A stretch of DNA of 64,000 nt, taken from Iphione sp. A-MEVVRFRX5 (taxonomy: Eukaryota). Location of the stretch: NCBI GenBank assembly GCA_976226885.1, contig OZ320319.1, forward strand, positions 25,668,001 to 25,732,000, given 5' to 3'. The notes below the pieces were generated by a model. That model was not told the origin of the DNA. It did not search any database and saw only the letters and a program-made list of their open reading frames with translations. The translations under genes were made by a program, and so were the position numbers. Below, in pieces: positions 1-10,956 of the stretch. Positions within the stretch are counted from its first letter, which is position 1. Each line of letters begins with the position of its first letter.

Positions 1-1620
1 TATACATGCAAAGGACATGACACACAGTGATTACGTGTCAAGATCCATATACAGTGTGCATGTATGTTATGTTATGTTCTGGTAGGTGATGTTTATATAC
101 ATGTATATATATACATATATATAATTGAAAAGTACCAATAGATGAATCTCCCTTTTGAAATTCTACTTCAACCGAATAAGTAGAAATTCCCCTTTCGGCC
201 AGTTTGGGGGCCTTGGTTAAAGCGGGGCCAAGTTTTACAATTTTATCATTCATTAAAATAAAACTATACAATCTGTAACGAGGTATGAACACTGATGCTG
301 TATAAAAAGTAATGGACCACCAGACGTAAATGTTTCTTGTTATACCAAATGTACAACGAATAGTGTCGTGATATTTAACGTAATGTAGCCTTGAAATGGC
401 GTAGGCAAGTTATAGTTTAAATATACATATTAATTAAAAGCAATATGGGGCATTCGAATAATCGTCTTCAGAACATTAGAACGAATGGAATGGCACTAAG
501 CACCGAGACTGATAAAATCAGCACTTAATATTTGAAGGATAACAAAATGTTGATATAAGCAGCTCAATATCGTTGGCGTGAAACTCGTATTCCGCCAATA
601 ATTCGATTGGCCCTTCTTTTTTTTTTACCAAACACGAAAGACGGGAGTGACCTCTCTTGGGAAAACATTGCCACTGCACTATGCAATTAGTCAACTAGTT
701 TCAAATGAAGTTCGTGACAACTGCAGCGCTGAAGGAGACGATCTCCATTAGGCTCCTACTGAGAACAGAGCATGTTCTGCAGCTTAAAGTGTTCCTGTGA
801 TACCTCAGAGGGAGCCACTGTTGCCAAGCAACTCCAACCCACCTTGGAGTAACCGTCTTACTGCCGTTCGATTGCCAGATTGGCTTGATACTAAATATCT
901 ATGTAAAGAGGATAGAAATCAAATATTATACGCAAAAAAGTGAACCGAGCACACGATAACAGGCACAAAAATAAAGGAAAAGAGGAACATGCATATAGGA
1001 GATGTACATGTAGTTGCAGTCAGGCGAAACAGAGGCACACTAAGCGATAGGTGAAGTAAGAGAAAACGAGAGAGGGACTGAGTCACACACGTGTGTGGAA
1101 TATTCAGAAAAGACAGGATTTTACTAGCTATACACTTGGAGCTTGTATTGAAATTAAAATACCTACAGACAGTATGCCTCTTCATATGGATGATGTGATA
1201 TACAGATTATGTCCATAGCTAACCTAAATTTGCTTGGCTTCAGGGTATATTTGGACAAGCAGCATTCATTAGTATTGCATCATCCATACTTACACTAGGG
1301 CTATAAATTAGGGAAATTAGCTAGACAAAGAGGTAGGTTTTGGTGCATTTAGCAAAGAGGGCGTTTGTCTAGAATGCATACCTATACAGAGCATCAAGGT
1401 ACACAGCTATAGCGCACTGCGTCAACTAGCAGTGTGCACTTTGCCCGTCCATCTGCTACGGGCGCAGCATGGCATCGTGCTACCTGATAATGGTAAAATC
1501 CTCCTATGAACCTTAGTCCTTATGTTCCAGCCAGATGGGACGCTACTTACACACGCATCTGTGGGATGTCTAAGATGTTGTTAGCACAAACAAAAATGAA
1601 AAGATGTATGTCTGACCATA

Positions 1621-1682
1621 TGTGTGTTTGCGTACGTGCGTGCGTGCGTGCGTGCGTGCGTGCGTGTGTGTGTCTGTGTGTG
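1621..1682. repeat. (CGTG)8 / (GT)n microsatellite
   Basis: Direct reading: cgtg x8 at 1635-1666 flanked by GT repeats. Confidence 0.95.
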
Positions 1683-3033
1683 CCTGAAGTGGTTTTCAGA
1701 TTTACAGTGAAGATTTGACTATGGAGTGTTCCCGGCTTCCTTTTACACTTTGTTACTCGTGTAATTTTCTATGAGAGAAGAGATGCTACATTCCTTCATA
1801 CATTATATCAAATGTTATACAATCCTGACCGGATCTTGGAGGATCACGATCTTGATTTGATTTGAGAAAGTATATCGTCCACTATTCTTGTTAAAACCCA
1901 GAAGGATTCTCAGGGTACACACACTTGGTCCATCGCAGGACAGCCAGGAAATGTGCAAATGCGACGTCATAGAGTCCAGAGAAGCTTTTAGAACAATCTA
2001 AAATATGTTGTTGTCATTTCATCATTTTTGTTTTGGTAATTGTTTTGGTTGTTGTATTATTGATAGACTGATAACTTCGATTTCCACACGGGAATAAACT
2101 TTGTCTTAGATGCTAGTGGAGCTTTCACTTATGGTGGGACGAGGACACCTGAAACACTGGGAGTTGCCATTTTTAAGTCTAGGGAGGGCACATTTATCAT
2201 TCCATACATATCTAAATACCCTTTATAATCCAAATACATATATCCCTCAGTTAATGTTTCCGTCATTATTCAGTCTTCGTACCTTGTGCATTGATAACAT
2301 CTGTGATGATCATTTTATATGTATTTTCCCTCTATTTACCCCAAGTATTTTTTCAAGCGTCAGAAGCGGGCTCACCATTTATCATGGTTACAATCATGTA
2401 ACTTTTGTGCCCGACATTATTACTTTTTGTCTCATGATGTGGTATATTATCTTCTGAAATAATGTTTCTGGACTCACAATGGAGCAGAGCTGAACATGAA
2501 CACCACCTCCTTGAAAAATAATCCTTTCTTCTTGAAAAATAATCCTGACACACACATTAAAGTCTGCTGTAATAAATAGTGTATTATGGCTAATTTGGAT
2601 TGCTGATGTGAAATAGATATGACATAGAATCTATAACGACATCGAAGTATATAAAGATATGAAAATGTTTTAGAGGCCAAAGGATTCGAAGACAAGCGTG
2701 AGCTGGACCACAACCACGGCTCCCAGCATTCGGTCCCCTTTCTAACACTGTAATTGTAATTATTGACAAATTAAAATTTACATTACAGAGAATACTTCCT
2801 GGAATTGCCAAAAATGTACTCTGGGAATTTCAGGCATCAAGGAAGACACTACAGACCAAAAGGACAACCACATCAGATGCTTCCCCAGATGCTCTTCTGA
2901 AAACAGATAAACAGTATATCAAAGGGCTTAGTCTTCACATGCGATTGGATACAGATTGGTGCCTAGTGCCTAGAGGAGGTTGGCTGAGGGAGCGATTGAA
3001 ACCGGCCAGGAAAGGCGACCGCACTATTCATGA

Positions 3034-3320
3034 GGCCAAAACAAAAAAATAAGAGTGTTTCTGGTAACCCAGACCTACCTAGTAAAACCTCACCCTACCT
3101 AAAGAATTTTTGGCCCTAAAGAGTTTCCAAGTTTGAATTTTCTTAGATACATGTTTTCACAGTACACATTTTTGGTAAATTTAGTAGAAAAACAACAAAA
3201 GCTATGGAAATTCAGCAAAAAACAGCAAATTGGTCAAAATTCTTCATTTGTCTTTACTAGTATTGAAAACTAGAGGAAGGAAGTGGAAAAAAAATAAAAA
3301 AAGATCACCCCTTACCTAGG
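3034..3320 (-). mobile_element. Partial MITE of the family best seen at 26426-26759 (reverse orientation)
   Basis: ggccaaaacaaaaaaataagagtgtttctggtaacccagacctacc resembles the reverse complement of the right end of the 26426-26759 element (ggcctagaaaaaaaatgtctgtgtttccggtaacccgaccgacc). Other end decayed; end coordinate approximate. Confidence 0.55.
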
Positions 3321-6300
3321 TTATTGGCTACTCAGTACCAGAAACACACCTATTTATTTTTTTGCCTGAGTAGAGTCTTATTGAACATGTGCGTCATATT
3401 TTACCAGGAAATAAGCCCACGTATGGATAGACACGAAATGGTTGTGTTTGGGCCTGGGTTGCGGCAGTCAGTAATAGTATCGATCCATGAAGTGACCGAC
3501 GCAAGCGCCTACTGTGGCGAAGGGATGAACAATCGTTCGGGGTTGGGAACATTTCAGGATCACCGACGTAGAAAATGATGATGGGATAGGGAACCAAATC
3601 GTCAAGTGGATGGCCCAGCGTGGTTTCAGTCTCCAGGGTACACTTTAAAATGAAAGGAAAATCTGCAGTTTTGATATTGTAGAGTATTCGTTGCATAAAC
3701 ATTCGAAGAGAACAATTGCCAGAAATCTTTTTGCGGCATGATGTTTTTCCCCGGACGGCATATCGGGACGTTGATAGAGTAGCTTACCTGTAGTCCTCTA
3801 CGATGTTTTCCTTAAGGATGTGTCAAAAGAGACGTTTTTATTTTTCATCCTGCGCAAATACTCGGGAACATCGCCATGTGCTTGCATTATCGACTCAGAG
3901 CTGATGATCAAAGAAAGCTTGGTGGATGATGCATGGGTACATCAACATCGCCGGATTGATGAGTGGCCTAATCATCGAAAGCTTTTTTGTCTGGCAAAAA
4001 TGAGCTCTGAGAATTCCTATCGCCGCTACACTGGCGGATCCAATCAGGTGATAAACGCAAAATAGTTTTTTCTTTGATATGAGCAATATCTGAAATCAAT
4101 ATTGCATTTTCTTGTTGGCGACGCCTTACCGTCTTCTATCTGACAGTTAAGGAAGTGACTATAGACTATATATTGATAGGGCTCGCGTCATCTTTGATTC
4201 AAATACTGTACCGTCCACAGGACTTAGTTTTGGGAAAACACATCGGTCTACTCTCATTAATTACAATTGGCGTTGCAACTCGACACCTCTTCCGTGCTGT
4301 TCAATTGTTTTAATAATGGAGCCATCAATCTCAGTGGCTGGCATGGTGAATAACTTACAACGATATGCTATTACAGTAATAATCAGATAGGCAGAAGGTA
4401 TCGGACGCAACTTTTATCAAGCCATAGTGATATGGTGGGAAGACATACATGTGCTAGGAACGGTGGCATTCCTAGTTCGAGGAATGGAGTGTAGTGTGTG
4501 ATTGGGATGTTGGCACTCTCTGTCACTGGAGTAGTACGCTCCTTTCTTTTGTCATCTGAAGAAACAGCCACCTCTTAATGTATAGCTGTTAGTATCTGTA
4601 ATTTCCCAAATTATTCAAAAGGTTGGATTGTTTTTTTTAAATTGTAGATCTGTAGGCCTATATAAGACAAGGTCTTACGATGGTGGCTCGGATTCGCCTA
4701 TCCTGTTGCCTGCAGAGCGTTTGCTGCCGACACTGAATGTAACAGCCTTCCGAAATAAACTGAAGTTAATGTAATATATGGAGTACCATCTCCCATCTGG
4801 CATGGGATACTACGTCTTAATTCAGCATATCAGGGTTCGGTATTTCTGAATATGCTCTAGCACTGCGGACTGCAATGTCCAGTGGCCGTACTCTAGGATG
4901 AGTTCCCAGAGGGTCTCGCACACTTGAGATTGTGAAACATGTCGAGATTGTTGTAGAAGCATTTAGGGCTTTTATAATGAAGAGCTGATATTCAATGAAC
5001 AAACATATATACACTCCAGAATTGGGTACATGCAGTGAACCAGATTTTCACTACGTGGACCTGATTTGATTTCATATTAAAATAAAACACCGACATAATT
5101 ATATACCAGGATAATAAACGTTACACTATTATGAACATGTTGGTATGGTGTACTGATATTTTCGTTACAGAGTCAATAGGACTCTAAGGAAACGTAATGG
5201 TTACTGGGCCCGCAAGAAGAAGATCGTACAATACTTCTTCTTTTAGGAAATTGTGTTTGCTTTTTGATAGGCTGTATAGTGGATATGGATCGTGAATCTA
5301 TTCTTAGGTTTGTTCTCACGGAAGAGCCATCGTATATTTTTTTGTCACTTACCCGAGCAGTATCGTTCAGTTTTCGCTTTTCTAGATGTCATGGATTTTG
5401 GCTTCCAGGTTGGATTACTGTCGCATGTCATGATCGCCGACCAAACAACATCAAACTAAACGTCCAATGCAAATACACGTTCCTCACTCGTATGCCATTT
5501 TTATTTATTCAAGCCAAGAACTCCATAGCATCTTCTGAACGCAGGCCTGTCAAACACATGAACAACTGACCTGTCAGACACATCGCCTCGCTTTCTGATG
5601 GGACCTCTTCTGAATTGGAGGCACGGACATGGGGACGGCAGAGATTCAAGTTGGAAGAGGTATAGCTACCAATGGCCATGGTGAGAGGGGCCCCAAGCAC
5701 CCGGTAGCTCCGGTAATAGCCTGAAAGGATGCAGTGACACAGGTCGTCAACCCTTGCTGGGTGACGGAGGTTGTTGACATTATATGGAAGTGATATCTGG
5801 CGGTGGTGGGTACTGATAGCGATGGCTGGTATTTTGTGAGTAAGAAAGGAGATAGACGTGGCAGCAGGAGGGTTCATGGTGGTGTTTGAAGGTGTGCCAT
5901 TGCTGACGGTACGTGATAGTCCTCGGTGTGTGTGTGTGTGTGTGTGTCCGTGGTCGTTGAAGATGTGTGCTAGCGGTCGTGGTTGGGGATGGGTTGTAGC
6001 TGTGGGCTGGGAAGGATAGTAGTGGGTTATGATGATGTTGGTTAATGTTATGATAGAAAGTGGGAGAAGGGGTGTGATATTCTGGAAAGTCCTACCGTGA
6101 TTCTTATGGTGCTAAACTGATTGTCGATCCATATTAGAACTCAGAATGGCTGGTAGCATCGAAGAGTAACTTGTTATAGACTGGATCAATCGTTATCTGG
6201 ATAGGAATTAAACAAATTTTCAAGAATTAGGCTGGTTCCGTGAGGGTGGACTGCATGCATGCATACTACATGCGCGCAGAGATTTGCTATAGTTTGAGAA

Positions 6301-6339
6301 CGGTCTGGCATGTCTCCATAACTGAGCAGGGCATGCATA

Positions 6340-6446
6340 GTGACGGCATGGATAACAGGGCGAGTCATTAGCGGATCGTTCAACCATGACAAGCACAGAG
6401 TATATAAGCCTGGCAGAATTGAGATCGACCTCTCACTCCTCGCATC
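6340..6446 (+). repeat. Split direct repeat A1 of element 1 (copy A2 at 10632-10738), containing TATA-like TATATAAG at 6401-6408
   Basis: Exact 107-bp direct repeat read from the sequence; TATA-like motif lies about 70 nt upstream of the gag ATG at 6475. Confidence 0.95.
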
Positions 6447-6474
6447 GGGACCAGAGAGAGCACAACGAGCCACG

Positions 6475-7782
6475 ATGTCTGCACCAGAGGACCTGACGAG
6501 CCAGGGCGAGCAACCACCGGCGAAGGAGAAGGCTGCCCGCCTGAAAGTCACAGAACGTCTAGATAGGCTTGAAAAAGCCATGGACGATATATCACAACTC
6601 AAATCTCACATTTTGTCTCTTTCAGCCACAATTGCTGCCAACCAGACCTTGCCTGATCCAGACCCAGACCCGAGCAACGAGGGCCAGCAGACTGACTCAG
6701 TACCAGGTCCTAGCGGCACCAGTTCACAGATCAACGGGAACAACATGCCGCTACAGAGAACCGGTTCTGTACCTGTCCCGACTACTTCTCAGCCCGCCGG
6801 CCAGCCTGAGGTGATGCAAGTACAGTACAACAGCCTACAGCCGAGACTGCTCGAGGGAACGTGCCCGTCAACAACCCCAGGGCTACATACAACAGTACCG
6901 CCCGTTCAGACGAGGACGCCGGCCACGTGGACACCAGCAATGCAGCATAATCCAGCCGCCATGCACCAGCCTACAGACTACTTCCCGAGGCGACAACAAC
7001 CGTCTACGACAGGCTACCTCCCGAACCCGGCAACACTTCGCAGCGGCGCCCCAGTGCAACACTACATAGACTCCTATTTGGAGGCCACCGCCCCATGGCT
7101 CCAACAGACAAATGAAAATCGAGGTAACGTTGACTTGAGGGTTCGCAGCCTCATCCCCAAACCCTATATGTACGTCCAGAAGGACGGGGTGACTACATTC
7201 AAACAAAAGAATGAATATAAGGAGAAAATCACATATCATGAATTTCTCCCTTCATATCTTATAATGTTAAAGGACGAGGCTGCAATCCCCAGTCAAGATA
7301 AGCCATACGTACTTGAACATTTATTGCATGTCACGCAGGACGCCCAGCGGCGCCCGTGGCATAATGTCAGACGGTGGACAAACAACATTTTCGACATGAT
7401 AGAAAGAAACGAAATAGGCTGGGCAAATTCTCATGAAATAGCATATGAACGGTTAATGGTATCAATGGCCCCTGTCGACCCAGCAGAAATAGTCGAGGTC
7501 CCATGTCTGTTGTTTAACACAGGTTCTTGTACACACAAAACTGACGCCCATGTAGAACAGGAGCTCAGATTGCTCCACGTATGCATGTTCTGCTATGCAC
7601 TCAGTGGAGCTCGACACACACACACAAATGTAGCATGTGGTAAACGCGCAAAAGCAGGACATATTGCCAAAGCAACCGGTCCACAACCCCAGAACACACA
7701 ACCGTTTCAAAAACAAAATCAGACAAGCAACTCACACCAAAACAACAACACTGCATACAGCAGACAGCCAAAAAACGATTAG
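6475..7782 (+). CDS. Gag-like ORF1 of element 1 (436 codons from ATG 6475); Q/P/T-rich N-half, Cys/His cluster near C-terminus
   Basis: Open frame 6340-7782; the ORF-track start is a GTG inside repeat A1 and the first ATG is at 6475 (MSAPEDL). Contains CLLFNTGSC...HVCMFC...HTHTNVAC. Confidence 0.85.
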   Translation: MSAPEDLTSQGEQPPAKEKAARLKVTERLDRLEKAMDDISQLKSHILSLSATIAANQTLPDPDPDPSNEGQQTDSVPGPSGTSSQINGNNMPLQRTGSVPVPTTSQPAGQPEVMQVQYNSLQPRLLEGTCPSTTPGLHTTVPPVQTRTPATWTPAMQHNPAAMHQPTDYFPRRQQPSTTGYLPNPATLRSGAPVQHYIDSYLEATAPWLQQTNENRGNVDLRVRSLIPKPYMYVQKDGVTTFKQKNEYKEKITYHEFLPSYLIMLKDEAAIPSQDKPYVLEHLLHVTQDAQRRPWHNVRRWTNNIFDMIERNEIGWANSHEIAYERLMVSMAPVDPAEIVEVPCLLFNTGSCTHKTDAHVEQELRLLHVCMFCYALSGARHTHTNVACGKRAKAGHIAKATGPQPQNTQPFQKQNQTSNSHQNNNTAYSRQPKND

Positions 7783-9623
7783 ATCAGGCCCCATTGAAAC
7801 AGGATGGGGTCAGTTCCCACAATAGCCGGGGACCAGACATCGATTTTCACTTGGTAAAACAAATATGTCAGACAGATGACTGTGACATAATGCACGCATG
7901 CACATTTGAGCAGCTGGCAAGATACAAAGCTAACACATGGCCACATATAGGGGTTACAGGCATAGATACACATCTCCTGTATATTTATAACGTAGTACGG
8001 GAGGATGGCCGCCCTAACTTACTGGGTGCAAGAATCCCAGTTCCGACAACAACTAATATCAAAGTTTGGCGAAATTACTTACAACAAGACAAGACTGATC
8101 CTCAGCTAATTGACCTCTTAACATACGGCTTTCCATTGGGGTATATGGGACCTGCTGATACGAAAGGAAAGAATACTAACCATCCATCAGCTAAGCAATT
8201 CCCAGAGGCTATAAATCAATACATCAAGAAAGAAATTGCCCTTGGAGCTGTTTTTGGTCCATTCCCTAACACTCCCTTCTCCCCTTGGATGCATATGTCA
8301 CCATTAATGACCCGCCCAAAGAGGGACTCATGTCAGCGTCGGGTAATCTTGGATATGTCCTATCCTGAGGAAGCCTCTGTGAATGCCTATATTGGCAAGA
8401 ATATGGTGCTGGGCGTGGTCAGGGACCATTCCCTGCCCACAGTCCAGGCACTTCTTGCTACAATTAGGCAGATGGGGGGTAACCCGTATTTGGCAACGGT
8501 GGACATAGCTCGGGCATACAGAAATTTCTCTACATGTCCTTTGGATTGGCCGCTTCTGGGGTTCGGATGGGATGGACAATACTATTTTGACACCGCCATC
8601 CCGTTCAGCTCCAGAAGCTCGGCCAATCATATGCAAAGGATTGCCGATGCTATAATCCGCATAATAGCGAGGGAAGGTATTAAAGGGTACATGTATCTCG
8701 ATGATCTCATACTTGTTGCAGAGGGACAACTAGAAGCGCAGTCAGCGTTTGATCGGGCGAGACAGCTCTTAACAGAGCTTGACCTCCCAGAAGCTGCTGA
8801 TAAGGCACAGACACCTGCACAAAAAGTCACTTGGTTGGGAATAGACATTAACACCAAAGAAATGACAGTGTCCATCCCCCCACGAAGGATACAAGAGATC
8901 CTAGAGGTAGTTCAAAAAGTCAGCAAACAAAAGACGGTCTTGAAACACGATTACCAGAGTTTGATCGGGAAAATACTGCAGGTAGCACGTTGCGTCTCCC
9001 CCGCCCGAGTCTTCGTAGGAAGACTACTAGCAAAACTAAGAGAACAAAAAGGGAGGTATGTTAGAATAGATCATGATGTCAGACTTGACCTGAGATGGTT
9101 TATTCGATACTTATCTGCCTGGAACGGGGTGGCTATTATCCCGGAAGTCCACGTCGATCGAGAAATTGTGGTAGATGCATGCTTAACAGGTATTGGCGGG
9201 GCGGACGACTGGTCGTACTACGCCGAGCCTACCCCGAGCTGTTGTGAAGGTTTTCACATAACCCAGATTGAGGCAACTAATTTGTTGGTAGCTGTTCTGT
9301 CTTTTGTTGGAAAAGATGATGCTGGCAAGATAGTAAAAGTAAGGTGTGACAATCTAGCAGCGGTTGATAGCTTCAAGTCAAGGAAAGCGAAAGACCCAGT
9401 CCTCCAAAAATGCGCCAGGTCATTGTGGTTGCATCAAGCGAATTATAGTGTCTCCATTGTGTATGAACATGTTCCAGGTGAATTTATGCTTCTAGCAGAT
9501 GCTTTGTCGAGATGGTACGACCACCCAAAGCATCGATTCACTGCATCTGATTTCATTCATCATAAACAGCTAAAACGCATTACACCATGTACTGATGAGG
9601 TAATGTTATGGCCTGATTTATGA
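7776..9623 (+). CDS. Reverse transcriptase / RNase H ORF2 of element 1
   Basis: RVILDMSYP, DIARAYR, PFSSRSS, YLDD, RNase H DACLTGIGG / ITQIEATNLL / CDNLAAV / ADALSR. Frame is open from 7644, overlapping the gag end in the -1 frame; start coordinate reflects the proposed frameshift entry. Confidence 0.93.
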   Translation, partial: RLDQAPLKQDGVSSHNSRGPDIDFHLVKQICQTDDCDIMHACTFEQLARYKANTWPHIGVTGIDTHLLYIYNVVREDGRPNLLGARIPVPTTTNIKVWRNYLQQDKTDPQLIDLLTYGFPLGYMGPADTKGKNTNHPSAKQFPEAINQYIKKEIALGAVFGPFPNTPFSPWMHMSPLMTRPKRDSCQRRVILDMSYPEEASVNAYIGKNMVLGVVRDHSLPTVQALLATIRQMGGNPYLATVDIARAYRNFSTCPLDWPLLGFGWDGQYYFDTAIPFSSRSSANHMQRIADAIIRIIAREGIKGYMYLDDLILVAEGQLEAQSAFDRARQLLTELDLPEAADKAQTPAQKVTWLGIDINTKEMTVSIPPRRIQEILEVVQKVSKQKTVLKHDYQSLIGKILQVARCVSPARVFVGRLLAKLREQKGRYVRIDHDVRLDLRWFIRYLSAWNGVAIIPEVHVDREIVVDACLTGIGGADDWSYYAEPTPSCCEGFHITQIEATNLLVAVLSFVGKDDAGKIVKVRCDNLAAVDSFKSRKAKDPVLQKCARSLWLHQANYSVSIVYEHVPGEFMLLADALSRWYDHPKHRFTASDFIHHKQLKRITPCTDEVMLWPDL

Positions 9624-10455
9624 TTTCCAGACCCAGTGGCACGTCGCCTGGTGGCGGAAGCGGAACGGCTAGTTGCCAGGGCAAGGTCGGCAGGTACACT
9701 TGCAAATAGGAAGTCAGCTACCCGAACTTATCTGTCCTTCTGTTTCCGTTTTAACGTTTCTCCACTACAGCCCACGGCACTACAGGCGTGTATGTATATA
9801 CGGTATCTTGCAAGCTTCTTAGCTAGCCCAGCATCTGTATCCAATGCTATTTCAGCCATAAGAGAGTATTTAAGAGACCACGACAGCCATGAATCAGGCT
9901 TTACGTCGAGGCAGGCCAAGTTGGCCCTCGACGCGGTAAATAGGAGTAAGCAGCATGTTGTTCAGAGGAAAAGACCGTTTGAATCGTCTGAGATTAAGAA
10001 AATATTGTATGCCACCCTCGCACAACCTTATGCACTCATCTTAAGGCTCGCTTTTATGTTGATGTTCTACAGGGGGCTGCGCCAGTCTGAGGTAGCCCCC
10101 CGCAGTGTTGTGTCCTTCGATCCTGATTGTCACCCAATGAGAGCTGACTTTGCTGTGGTAAATGGAAGACTAGTTGCGAGACAAAAGTGGTCCAAAACCC
10201 AGCAATTGTACTCACAAAATAGAGACATAGTCTTGCCCAGCTCGCAGGATCCTATACTATGCTGGTATTGACCCACAGGGCACATCATTACATAGCCTAC
10301 GACGTACTGCAGCAACGATTGCCTATCAGGAAGGGTGTGACGTGTTACAGGTCAAGCACTTTGGGACTTGGTCGTCGAACGCCTATCAAGCGTACGTTAG
10401 TACCAAGAATGCGTCTCAGGTGTCTGAGGTATTAGTAAATACTATAAACTCATAA
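9624..10455 (+). pseudogene. Tyrosine recombinase ORF3 of element 1, internally deleted and frameshifted near 10261
   Basis: N-part 9636-10271 has FYRGLRQSE (catalytic Arg box) and KWSKTQQ. Another frame from 10261 reads AGIDPQGTSLHSLRRTAAT...HFGTWSSNAYQAY to TAA 10453-10455 (H-x-x-R, H/W, Y). About 45-50 codons are missing relative to the element 2 YR. Confidence 0.9.
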
Positions 10456-10475
10456 TATCATAATTACACAAAGCT

Positions 10476-10956
10476 TGGCGAATTTTATCTCGATGTATCT
10501 CAATAATTTTAAACATTGTCTATTGACTGTATATTTATTCACATTTTACTGATCATGTGCAATAAAGAAGCACCCAAACTGTTTATAAACCCATGCCTCC
10601 ATAGTTATCTGTGGAACGAGAAGTGCTAATGGTGACGGCATGGATAACAGGGCGAGTCATTAGCGGATCGTTCAACCATGACAAGCACAGAGTATATAAG
10701 CCTGGCAGAATTGAGATCGACCTCTCACTCCTCGCATCCCACCCGCCACACCCTATATTTGTAACTATGTATCCATCTATTTGATACTATGTATTTACCT
10801 GGCGAATTTTATCTCGATGTATCTCAATAATTTTAAACATTGTCTATTGACTGTATATTTATTCACATTTTACTGATCATGTGCAATAAAGAAGCGCCCA
10901 AACTGTTTATAAACCCATGCCTCCATAGTTATCTGTGGAACGAGAAGTGCTAATGG
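10476..10956 (+). repeat. B1-A2-spacer-B2 terminal block of element 1; AATAAA in each B copy (10561-10566, 10885-10890)
   Basis: Direct repeat comparison as above. Confidence 0.95.

Larger units (their letters stand above)
6340..10956 (+). mobile_element. Ngaro-like tyrosine-recombinase (DIRS-order) retrotransposon 1 with split direct repeats
   Basis: A1 6340-6446 = A2 10632-10738 (107 bp, identical); B1 10476-10632 vs B2 10800-10956 (157 bp, 1 mismatch); order A1-gag-RT/RH-YR-B1-A2-spacer-B2; no methyltransferase domain seen. Confidence 0.95.

Noticed and set aside
5509-6180. T/S/P-rich minus-strand ORF fragments
   Set aside because: Low complexity, strand-skewed and broken by a (GT)n repeat and stops; no family motif.
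6340-6474. N-terminal extension of the 480-aa ORF from GTG 6340
   Set aside because: It lies inside repeat A1, upstream of the TATA-like box; ATG 6475 is the more plausible start.
8328-8875. Antisense ORFs within RT, and similar ones inside other TE ORFs (35064-35963, 53737-54442, 55019-55800)
   Set aside because: Shadow frames of real coding strands with no recognisable motifs.
9621-9626. Readthrough of the RT stop into YR in element 1
   Set aside because: Same frame, but UGA-UUU is a poor readthrough context; the overlapping splice acceptor explains it better. Not formally excluded.
10476-10956. CRISPR-like or satellite repeat array
   Set aside because: Only two copies each of two long repeats in A-B-A-B order: the split direct repeats of a YR retrotransposon in eukaryotic DNA.
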